Shown here: one piece after another, positions 12,146-22,360 of the stretch
Position numbering within the stretch: position 1 is the first letter of the stretch
Layout: the number at the start of each line of letters is the position of its first letter
Assembly (NCBI GenBank): GCA_030704615.1
Contig: CM060732.1
Coordinates: forward strand, 22,010,001 to 22,074,000
Origin: Takakia lepidozioides
Lineage: Eukaryota > Plantae > Bryophyta
Direction of reading: 5' to 3'
Length of the DNA: 64,000 nt
Translations under genes and position numbers: made by a program
The notes under the pieces: model-generated
What the model saw: only the letters and a program-made list of their open reading frames with translations
Database searches by the model: none
What the model was told of the DNA's origin: nothing

Positions 12146-12557
12146 ATCTACTCCCCTGGGACCGAGCGATGCAAGCAACAAAAAACAGTCACCTATAAAT
12201 GAACGTGTTGTGAATGTAAAGTGCAATGCGATAGCCCAGCACTTCTACACCTGTTAGCAACCCAAGTGGGTCGATGTGGGTTGTAGTGTTGAGCTTATAC
12301 ACAATCTGCTGAAGTAGCTTTGGTGGAAGCTACAACGGCAAAGGGTGCGCACCCTCTTCTTGGACTATACTCTCGTTCAATGGAAGAGAACATCCAAGTG
12401 TTTGCGCCAAAAGAAGTGAGGAGCTTGGTGACCCTCCTCCCTTATATATGATCCAATAGGGATGAAAGTGAAATGAAAGTGAAATGAATAAATGACGAAC
12501 CAATAGCGCCCACTTGAAAAAGGCTGTACAACCATATTTGTTGTAATTTTGAAATTA

Positions 12558-13661
12558 AGCGACCGCTAATACTACTGTCGTTAATTTTTTTTTAATGAAA
12601 AAACAAGCGACCGCCACTACTGCGGTCACTTTTATTTCCTTCCATTTTGTGCAATATTGCGGTCACTTCTATTTTGTATATTTTTCAATTTAAGCGACCG
12701 CTCGTATGACGGTCGCTATTATTTTTTATTTCAAAATATAAAGCGACTGCCGGTATGGCGGTCACTTCATTTGTTAATATATTTAAAATAAAGCGACCGC
12801 GAATATGGTGGTCGCTTTTATTTTTAATATTTTACAAAAAACGCGACCGCCAGTAAGGCGGTCGCTTTTAATCTTTATATTTTATGGCGGTCGTTTAATT
12901 TTCTATATATTTTTTAAATTAAGCGACCGCCCAATGGCGGTCGCTGTTTTTTTTATATATTTTTGAAATTATCCGACCGCCATATGGCGGTCGCTTGTTC
13001 TGTATATATTTACAAAATTGTGCGACCGCCAATGAGGCAGTCGCTTGTTTTCTTTTTTAAATTAGGCGACCGCCAATCTTGTTTTTTTTTTAAAATCAAT
13101 TGAAGCAATCGCCAAGATAGCGGTCGCTATTTCTTTTTTTAATTCAAAAAATAAAGCGACCGCCAGTGCGACCGCCAATCTTGCTTTAAAAAAATAAAAA
13201 TTGAAGCGACCGCCAATATGGCGGTCGCTATTTCTTTTTCTATTTCGAAAAATAAAGCGACCGGCAGTGCGACCGGCAATCTTGCTTTTAAAAAAAAAAA
13301 AATTGAAGCGACCGCCAATACGACGGTCGCTATTTCTTTTTTAATTTCAAAAAACAAAGCGACCGCCATAATTGGCGGTCGCGTTCATTTTGTTAATTTT
13401 CAAAAATGTATTTGCCACCGTGCGACCGCCAATACGCCCGCCAATCTTGTTTAAAAATAAAATAAAATTGAAGTGACCGCCAACATAGCGGTCGCTATTT
13501 GTTTATGGCGGTCGCTATTTCTTTTTCTATTTCGAAAAATAAAGCGACCGCCTGTGCGACCGCCAATCTTGCTTATAAATAAATAAAAATTGAAGCGACT
13601 GCCAATACGGCGGTCGCTATTTCTTTTTTTAATTTCGAAAACAAAGCGAATAGGCGGTCGT
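12558..13661. repeat. Second array of GCGACCGCC/GGCGGTCGC palindromes (subterminal)
   Basis: Same motif as 7545-8950, lying between the transposase TATA (about 12441-12449, minus) and the putative terminus. Confidence 0.9.
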
Positions 13662-14975
13662 GTTCATTTTATTAATTTTCAAAATGTATTTGCCACCACC
13701 ACCGTGTCGGCGACGTGGCTGCTTAAGTGGCAGTATTTTACCTGGTACTATTTTTACCAGAATATTCCCCGAACCTGACGTGACGGAGGTCCCGTCAGTG
13801 TAAGGTATGACGTGACCTGACGCTGACGGACGGACGTGACGCTGATAACCGGGAGCAGGACACAGAGGTCAATGGATCTCTAGCAATTGATCAAGGAATA
13901 TTCTGGGGCTACAGTGGTGTCACTGGCCACTCTCATCTCGGCCACAAGTCATTTTGCCTTGCAGGTACATTTTGGCATCATATTTCAGTTCCTTTGTCCT
14001 TGTTGAGAAAGGGAGGTTGAGATATAGGATTACGTGCCTCTGATCAAACCTTCTAGCTACTTATTGTACAAATGCTTAAGATTTTTTATCTGTTGATGAA
14101 TGCAGTCATTCGAAGTGTACGATGGTCCTTTACAAGTGGGGGTGAATTGATTGAATATTGTCAAGACCATCAGATTCAGTGGTCTGGGTGGAAGAGGGGA
14201 CCATGACAAAAAGCTGGAGTCTGGGTTGTGAAACCTTACTATGTGAAGTAATATGCCCTAGTTTTCATCCAATGACATGTTGACTTCCTTAAGCAGACAC
14301 AGATTGATATGTACGGTGGAAGCAAGGGCAGATGGGTAAGCAGGCAATGTATATCTTGGCACTTTGTGCTGATCATTGTCTGGCTTAAGGGTTCCACCTT
14401 TGCCTCTTCACATCATATCTTCTCATGAACACAACTTGTTTTCAAAGATCGAGACACACACTAGAGGAGAGTATATTGTTGGATGTATGGGCCCTCCTGG
14501 GTGTGATCTTTTCGCAAACTTTTCAGACTTATGGTGGTAATGGCATTCAAAGAAATTCTGGAATGTGAGAAGTACACATTCATTAAAAGATGTTCTTGCG
14601 CTGTATTTAGGCAAAAAGGCTCCCCTCCCTCTTAAAACATGGAAACCACTAATCAACAATAAAGAGTCCCTTGTAAACTTGACACTTATGAATCTCGACT
14701 TCCAATTACCCAGTTTGAAGCTGTCTGAAGACCCAAACCGCGTCTCCACTTGGAAGAGAATTATAAGCACTATAATGGGAAATGAACATGAATGTGAGAA
14801 GTTGAAGCATTCAGTAATGAAGAGATCCTGCCAAGATGTAGAAAATACAAAACCATGGTTTGGTAAATCTTTAAACAAACTGTGTAAAGATTTCTCATTT
14901 TAGTTTTATTGTCTTGATTAAAAATGATTGTCTTGATAAAAAAATTGTCTTTGATATTGATATTTGTTTTCAAGA

Positions 14976-16490
14976 TAGTGCCACGTCATCGTCGCCACGT
15001 TTCGTAGCCACCTGTCGTCGTCAAATTCTTTGGATACTGCCCCAAATGCCCGAAGACAACCACGAAAGGTGTCTTGCAAAGTGTCTTGGGCGGGGAAGGG
15101 ATGATGTCCCTGCATCCTTCAGCGCTGAGGGGTTGCAGATGGAGACTTTGCAGATTATGTACTAGTGAAGGCGCCCCCTAGGGCGCATTATGGCTCCTAG
15201 TGGGCGCCTTCCCTGGAGTAAAGGAATTTTGGGGGCAGATTCTGCGAGGCCCTGATTGGCTGCAGGCCATAATAAGGGAATTAAAGTCAAACTGCCGATT
15301 ACGAGAGTCAAACTGCCTATTAGGAATGCAGAATGCGCCAGCGGCGTGGAGCGTCGATTTTCTGCTTGCTAATTTGCCTCAAAAATGGCAGAATCTGCCC
15401 CCAAAATCCTTTACGAGTACACCGCTTTACCTATCGCAGCTGGTATTTGCACGATGGTGGGACAACCGCAATCGCAAGGTGTGGCTTTTCTTAATGTACG
15501 ATGTGAAGAAGTTTGTCCATCCTACAAATGTGGGCTTTTGGCTCTCTGGGCTCCTGTTAGTACCATGTTCTTGGGAGAGTCAGCTTGGTCTTAACAGGCC
15601 GTGTTTCAATCTCAGCTTTGCTCAGCTGCACCATGGTGGTTCTCACAGACCAATCTGGCATTACCGGACTACAGACACAAACAGCACACAGACGAAGTCC
15701 TTCTGGGTTGAAATCCTCCAAATCCTCCATGGGTCATGACACAAGGTCAAGGACAATGTGGATCCACCTTCTTGTTCGACCTATTTCAGCCTGTTTCGCC
15801 CTCTCATCAGACTCGGCCCTGAGATGCATATTGAATTATGTAAGTTAGCTCGTTGGGTGGATATGTGGTGGTTTGGAGTGACTTTGACAAGTTACTGCCG
15901 AGGTGGCAGGAGGAAAGTGTCCAAAAACAGATAACAGAGATGAGGAGAAGCTTTGGAATGAACACTTTTCGGACCCCAGTCAATGGTCGGACAATGGAGA
16001 CAAAAAGGTGAATGCCTGATGGACTACAAAGAGAAGCAGATGCAATTCAGATTGGAACTGCTGTAATAAGTAGGGTTGGGGTGTTTGCTGGAAGAACTTC
16101 ACGCCGTCAGTGTCAACTGCTAGCAGCAAGGCTGAGGATTGTTTTCATGATTTGTGCAGAGGCCTGGATAGCTGAAGGAGCAGGGATAGAGTGTGGGTCC
16201 AGATTCATCTAAGAGGGCCAGATTTCAAGCTCCAGATTACCTGTGATTCCCTGTGGATCAATAACTACAAGAAACCTGCATGGGTAGATGGTCAAGTAAA
16301 GGCAGCAGCTGCAGCGGCACAGCTGATGAAATCAGGCACCTCAACCATGACCACAGCTTCTGGAAGAGGATCAAGAGAGGGAGTCCACAATGCCTCATCT
16401 GGCACTTCTCGGCATGTGAAGATGCTTTGTGCGGCAGGCAGACTGAAAGAGGCTCTACAGACTTTAAACCAAGGAGAACATTGTCCCTCA
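14976..16490 (+). other. 5' region and N-terminal coding start of PPR gene copy 1
   Basis: Aligns by eye with 50082-51036 and 32161-32820. Encodes MKSGTSTMTTASGRG...MLCAAGRLKEAL, a typical PLS-PPR N-terminus. Confidence 0.6.
15218..15414. mobile_element. MITE-like insertion with ~28-bp inverted termini
   Basis: GTAAAGGAATTTTGGGGGCAGATTCTGC (15218-15245) is inverted at 15388-15414 with one indel. The segment is absent from the paralogous region near 50320. Confidence 0.65.
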
Positions 16491-16871
16491 TCTTCTCAAT
16501 GCGGCTGTCCAGGTTAGGAAACTTTCCTGCCTTCATTCAATCAATGGTGGGATATGAAACATTGCTAGAACTGAATTCAAGAGGGGTATCTTGGCTCGGA
16601 CTTCCGGGGGCGATTCGGAGATAAGTCCAGTTGCTCGCAGAGCTTGCAAGACACAAAGGACCTCACTCCCTCGCATAGTAAGTCTCAGGCCTTTTTACAT
16701 ATCTATTGGATGGTGGTAAGCACAGCTTCTTCGACATTTAATGCATGTTGGATTATCATAGAAATTGCCGGTGTGTTGAGCTTCTACCAAGATCTTTCAA
16801 GTCATGGAACAACTACATGTGGTGTGTTTGAGAGCTATCATGTGCCCTGCTTCACACAAGTATTTTTGCAG

Positions 16872-18404
16872 GTTGATCCCTATGAGGCGAAAAAGCAGGA
16901 GCTTGTGGCTGAAAATGGGGACTTGCAGGCATTGTTGCGGTCCATGCAGGTCAATATCCAGTAGAGTCTCCTCTATCAACTTAAGTGCAACTCATACACC
17001 AACAGAGTTGCATTCTTGGTCCAATTATCAGGGGGGTAGCTAATGAAAAGAACATAATTGGATGTATGGTTAAGTAAGCTGATGGTTACATGTTTGAAGC
17101 CTGCATCAACTTGGATTGCATAGTGCCCTTGTTTCTAGAGGTTAGAAGGCACATATAAAGATCCTGGGGACTTCAAGCTTGAAATTACTGTTAGAATCTC
17201 TCAGCTAAACTGAAAGCTGTAAGCTCTGTCCCTAATTACCCTGGTGTGGGGGAAAGCTTCACTATTTTGCCATCTTGTATTGAATGCTGGCGATTACTTG
17301 TTTTTCAAAGAGCGTCGGTTTCTCTTTACCTACATATCCTGAACGGGTCTATCTGAAAGACGAACCATTCTGAATATTGGTAGCGCTTCCAAGTTGAGTT
17401 TTTTTTGCCTATTTGTCTTGTTCGGAAAGGATAAACACTGATCCTGTGTTTCGTTGTCTTGTCGGACGGACATTTAGGACTCTTCCTGGCAAAACTTTGT
17501 GCTTTAGGCATCTTAGATTGTGTGTTAGGCTTACAAGAAAACTGTTGGTTATGCAGGTTGACAAGCGTGATTTTTTGAACACACCAAATGTTCTGTCTAG
17601 ATCTGCAAGTGCTATCAACGGTAGCTTTGATCTTTGAACCACCAGTCACACCTTTGGGAGGACGTACAGTAGTTGATGTCTTCTTATCTTTGTATGACTC
17701 TTGTTTCACTTTGCAAATGAGTACCTGCTAGTACATCCTAAAATAGGTAAAATGGTTGAATGTATTAGCGTTGTCAATTCAAAATGTGGCTTCCCTGTGT
17801 GATATTTTGTGACTGTAAATACTGGGGTGAAGAGCCGTAGCCCTGAAGCTATCAATAAGTACTATGATCATAATGTTCTGTATTAACCTGTGCATGGACT
17901 CCTCACTAGGTCAGAATCTGACACTTTATATGTGGTTTATTGGGTAGGATGTATTTGATGTACCGTTTCATGTGGCCAGAGATCAAATCGAGCAAAGCTT
18001 ACGAGAAAAAATGACTTCAATCAAGGTAATCTCTGGTCTTTTGTTGTTTACCTTGCTTGTTGTAAGTTGGTACAGTTGACAAACTGGTGGGTAACATTGA
18101 TGTACAGGAACCAGGAATAAACACCCCCAGGTCATATGATTTTATGGCGGCTCAAGTTCACCTTGAGCCTCCACTCATTTATTTTCAGCCATACTAAATC
18201 ATATGATCATTCAGATTACAGTACAAATGACTGTCGGAATTTCACTATTATGAAAATACTCATAGGTGAAAGTCTTTTCTGCAGGAGCATATGGTGCAGC
18301 TGCACGAAGCTCAGAAGGGAACACAGGTGGCCAGTGAAGTAAGTGAACGAGAGTTGGAGCTTGAAGCACAGCTTGTAGAGGCCGGCAGTATCATCTCTGA
18401 ACAG
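16872..18404 (+). pseudogene. Four-exon fragment of an afadin/alpha-actinin-binding (ADIP/SSX2IP/MSD1-like) gene
   Basis: AG/GT-bounded exons 16872-16949 (VDPYEAKKQELVAENGDLQALLRSMQ), 17557-17668 (VDKRDFLNTPN..TPLGGRT, 1-bp frameshift), 17948-18025 (DVFDVPFHVARDQIEQSLREKMTSIK) and 18285-18404 (EHMVQLHEAQKG..ERELELEAQLVEAGSIISEQ). Family recognised from memory of plant homologues. Confidence 0.8.
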
Positions 18405-18424
18405 GTGTGCTCTATAACTTAAGT

Positions 18425-20360
18425 GAACGAGATGTGGTGTCATGGAACACAAGCCTGGCAGCTCTGGAAAAGGCAAAAGAGGTCCATGGCGACATTGTCA
18501 GAGCTGCAATTGTCCCAAATGTCATTCTGAACAATAGCGCCGTGGACATGTATGAAGGGAGTATTCGACAGTATGGCTGAATGAGAGGTGGTGTCGTGGA
18601 GTGTGATGATTGCAAGATATGCACAACAAGGGTGCGGGATGGAGGCTTTGGAGACCTATGAGCAAATTATGTGCGAAGGGGTGAAAACCAACCACATCAC
18701 ATTTGTTTGTGTTTGCAATGCGTGTGCAAGCCTGGGAGCTCTGGAAAAGGGGAAAGAGGTCCATGGTGACATTGTCAGAGCTGGAATTGTACCCGATGTC
18801 ATTCTGAACACTGCCCTGGTGGACATGTATGTCAAATGTGGGTGCATCGAGGATGCCAAGGGAGGTATGGCTGAACGAGATTTGGTGTCGTGGAACGCGA
18901 TGCTTGCAGGGTATGCACAGCAGGGGCGTGGGATGGAGGCTTTGGAGACCTATGAGAAAATGATGGGGGAAGGGGTGAAGCCCGACCACATCATGTTTGT
19001 GTGCATTTGCAGTGCGTGTGCAAGCCTGGCAGCCCTGGAAAAGGGCAAAGAGGTGCATGGTTGCATCGCCAAAGCTGGAATTGTACCAGATGTGATTCTG
19101 AACAATACCCTCGTGGACATGTATGCCAAATGTGGGAGCATTGAGGATGCGGAGGGAGTGTTCAACAATATGGCTGAACGAGATTTGGTGTCCTGGAACG
19201 CCATGCTTGCAGGATATGCACAGCAGGGCCGTGGGATGGAGGCCTTGCAGACCTATGAGCAAATGATGGGGGAAGGGGTGAAGTGCAACCACATCACGTT
19301 TGTGTGTGTTTGCAATGCTTGTGCAAGCCTTGCAGCTCTGGAAAAGGGCAAAGAGGTGCATGGTGACATGATCAAAGCTGGAATTGTACCAAATGTCATT
19401 CTGGACACTGCCCTGGTGGACATGTATGCGAAATGTGGGTGTATTGAGGATGCAAAAGGAGTAATTGACAATATGGCTGAACGAAATGTGGTGTCATGGC
19501 ATGCAATGATCACAGGATATGCCCAGCATGGTTGTCATAGGGAGGTCCTGCAACTATTTGAAGGAATGCAAAAGAACGGCTTGAAGCCGGACAGTATCAC
19601 CTTTATATGTGTTCTCTTCGATTCCCTGAGTCAAGATCATGGGGTCACTCCGACAGTAAAGCACTTTGGCTGCATGGTGGACCTTCTTGGATGTGCGGGA
19701 CAACTGGATGAGGCAGTGGACCTGATTAATAAAATGCCAACCAATCCAGATGTTGTGGTGTGGAAGGCCTTGCTTGGTGCCTGCAATATCCATGACAATG
19801 TGGAGATGGCTGAACGTGCGGCAACGTCTATCCTCAAGTGGGATGAACAGGATGCCGCAACTTATGTGTTGCTATCAAACATCTATGCTGCAGCTAGCAG
19901 ATGATACTGCAAAGGTCAGAAGAATGATGAAGGTCAGAGGGGTTAAAAAGGAGCCAGGTCGCTGTTGCATTGAGGTTGGCAACAGGGTGCACACCTTCGT
20001 TGTAGATGACAAGTTGCATCCCAGAATTAAGGAAATCCATGCTGAGCTGAGGAGATTGTCTGGGCAGATGAAGGAGGCGGGGTATGTGCCTGACATGTGC
20101 TTTGTATTGCATGATGTGGGGAGGAGGAAAAGGAATTTTCTCTTTGCCACCACAGTGAGAAGCTGGCCATTGGTTTTGGGCTGATCAGCATGACCCCTAG
20201 GACGCCTCTCCGTCTCATCAAGAATCTTCGAGTGTGTGGTGACTGCCACACCTCCACCAAATTCATCTCAAAGATTGTTGGCCGAGCAATTGTTGTATGG
20301 GACGCTAACCGCTTTCACCACTTTGAAGATGGGATTTGTTCTTGTGGTGATTACTGGTGA
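18425..20360 (+). pseudogene. PLS-class PPR protein with E and DYW deaminase domains (RNA editing factor); frameshifted
   Basis: Repeated P-L-S motifs (LVDMYAKCGSIEDA, RDLVSWNAMLAGYAQQG), KKEPG box, [22 protein letters not shown] ending TGA at 20358-20360. Frameshifts near 19900 and 20120 plus internal deletions. Confidence 0.9.
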
Positions 20361-21707
20361 AAGGATGTTTTCTTGGAAAGATGCGAGTGTCTTGCTTCAT
20401 TCATTGATCTGTGTAGCTACTCAGACCATCCACCATTTCCCGAGAGTATTGACCATGATGTACTGTTGAGTGCATTTCCTGTGGCATAAATCCACAGGAA
20501 ATGATAGTGGGGTCTACCCAGCATAGGTGGGAAGTCAGCCCATAATTGCACTTGATTGAAGGGGTGATTTTTGACTGATTCTGGTGACAGTGGATGGAAA
20601 TAAGAGTGTTGTCCTAAGTCTGGGTTTGGGTGGTGGAGCTTCTCCAAAGCTTGAAGATGGAAGTGAATACAAATTTTAATGAGCTTGATGAGAGGGGCAG
20701 CGCTGTGCACAAGTTTGTTCAGCATCTTAAATTTGGACATGTTTGTTTGTTTCTCGTGGTGTGGCTTTGGATGGAGCCCTTGACGAACTTGCGCGAACAT
20801 TGTCAAAAGCTAGCCTTAACCCACCAAGATCCAATCCCATGGTGGTTGCTTGAAAGTTCATATAGTGATTGTAAGGATGTTGTTATCGATTGATGCGGCT
20901 TGACTCCCTCACACCATAACATCGGTTTGTGCGTGTTGGAGTTCAAGGTTGGGGGTAACTACTTGAGCTGCCAATCTCAAACAAGCCGAAAACCTCTCCT
21001 GAAATCCCCTTCAAGAAAGAGAGGTCTTTTTCTCTTGCTTCCAAGAACCGTCCAACATCCCAAAAACGAAGCTTTTGGTCCGTCATGTTGGTTCAATTAC
21101 TATCAATGAAATTACACCCAATTAAGGGATAACTTATGTGAATAATGAGAGAAAGATATATTTACTGCTCCTCCTTTGGCTGTGAGGGCACTGTCATCAG
21201 AAGGATTTGTAGCGAGCCGTGGTGCGATGCTCAATTGTTGCGCGAAGGGTTGGGATTCTTGTTTCCTCTTTGTGATGTTGTGGATCTATGGGTTTTTCTC
21301 TTTATCTCTCTCTGGGGTCCAGCTTGTAACTTTAGTTTTTGTTCCTGCAGGTTCTGAAGCATTTGCTGATGCATAGTCCTCCAGAACAAGCTCTGATTCT
21401 TTTGCCTCGCTGCTGTCAAGTGTGAGTGGATTTGAGGGCGTCTCATCAGATGTGGAAGTGTCTACATAGTCATCAAACAATGAATGAAATGAAATATGGA
21501 GATGTGACATGATAGCTTTGGCAAAACTCTGCCATTCTTCTTCCGAAAAACAATGAAATATGGGATGTATGTATGTAACACCATGGGGATGACCCACCCC
21601 TTTCTTTGAACGTAGTTCTCAGGATTCGTCGCTAGTAGTGCGGGAGCAATGCGAAGCCCTAGTCTTTAGGCTAAGGCTAAAGCTTAGCTAGTTAGGGTGT
21701 GGACAAC

Positions 21708-21780
21708 TAGTATGTAGCTGAGTGGTAAGGGCACATACCCTCTCACGAGTGGTTGTGGGTTCAATCCACCTGTTGGAAGT
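21708..21780 (+). mobile_element. Degenerate tRNA-like (SINE head or tRNA-Glu pseudogene) sequence
   Basis: A-box TAGCTGAGTGGT, CTCTCAC loop and B-box GGTTCAATCC at tRNA spacing, but the stems pair poorly. Confidence 0.4.
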
Positions 21781-22091
21781 CATTATGGTGTCCACATTCC
21801 CACCGGAAGGCAGTAGCCCTATGGGGTCAAGTGACACCATAAGTTACGCTTGCTTCGGCAACGCGTCCACCTTCCTTTCTTTCTTTTTTCTTTTTGTTAG
21901 GGTGCGACTTTCAAGTTTTGGGTAGATCACGCACATTGACAGAGATCACACACAACAAATTGTGTAAAGAACTTTTCACATGATATCGAAAAAGCCCTAA
22001 AAACTGCTTACCTTGTCAAGGTAAGTCCCACTAAGGGAGTGAGCCCTCACAAAGGTGGTTGTGTTTGTTGGCTTGTATCCCGCAAGGGATA

Positions 22092-22360
22092 GAGGCATTG
22101 TGGAGACTTCTTGCCTAGGCGGAGCTAGGGAGAGAACGGAGAACTAGGCTTATCCATTAAGCCTAGTCTATGGAGGGTTGACGGGACCCACAAAGGATCG
22201 AGGCATTGTGGAGACATCTTGCCTAGGGGAGAACTAGACTTATCTATTAAGCCTAGTCTATGGAGGGTTGATGGGCATGATTCATGAAGCCCTGGGAACA
22301 ACCCCAAAATCACCGGATAGAGCCTCTTGTGGCTGAGCCGCTTGTGGCTGAGCCGCTTGT
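22092..22360. repeat. Short direct duplication with hairpin and three 15-bp tandem units
   Basis: GAGGCATTGTGGAGAC...TAAGCCTAGTCTATGGAGGGTTGA occurs twice. GAGCC(G/T)CTTGT units at 22320-22360. Confidence 0.65.

Larger units (their letters stand above)
1..13770. mobile_element. Large cargo-bearing DNA transposon-like element with hAT/Tag1-type transposase; left end outside window
   Basis: Contains a hAT-type transposase, two arrays of one palindromic repeat (7545-8950, 12558-13661), internal tandem repeats and several orphan ORFs. The repeats stop just before ...TACCAGAATATTCCCC (13770), the putative terminus. No matching TIR or TSD is visible. Confidence 0.6.

Noticed and set aside
7545-13661. 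CRISPR-like appearance of regularly spaced palindromic repeats
   Set aside because: Spacers are low-complexity poly-A/T, repeats are degenerate, there are no cas genes and the context is a eukaryotic transposon.
13757-13906. 12-bp inverted repeat CCAGAATATTCC/GGAATATTCTGG as MITE ends
   Set aside because: Too short, the core is self-palindromic and there is no TSD.
13872-13964. Exon-like hydrophobic segment ending in a GT donor
   Set aside because: It has an early stop and no identifiable following exons; the family could not be assigned.
14440-14903. Possible AAA-ATPase P-loop remnant (YGPPGC-like) and 112-aa ORF
   Set aside because: It needs a frameshift, lacks GK[ST] and has no supporting motifs.
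19940-20360. U-to-C (DYW:KP-type) editing factor
   Set aside because: The domain has KKEPG, HSE and DYW, matching the conventional C-to-U type.
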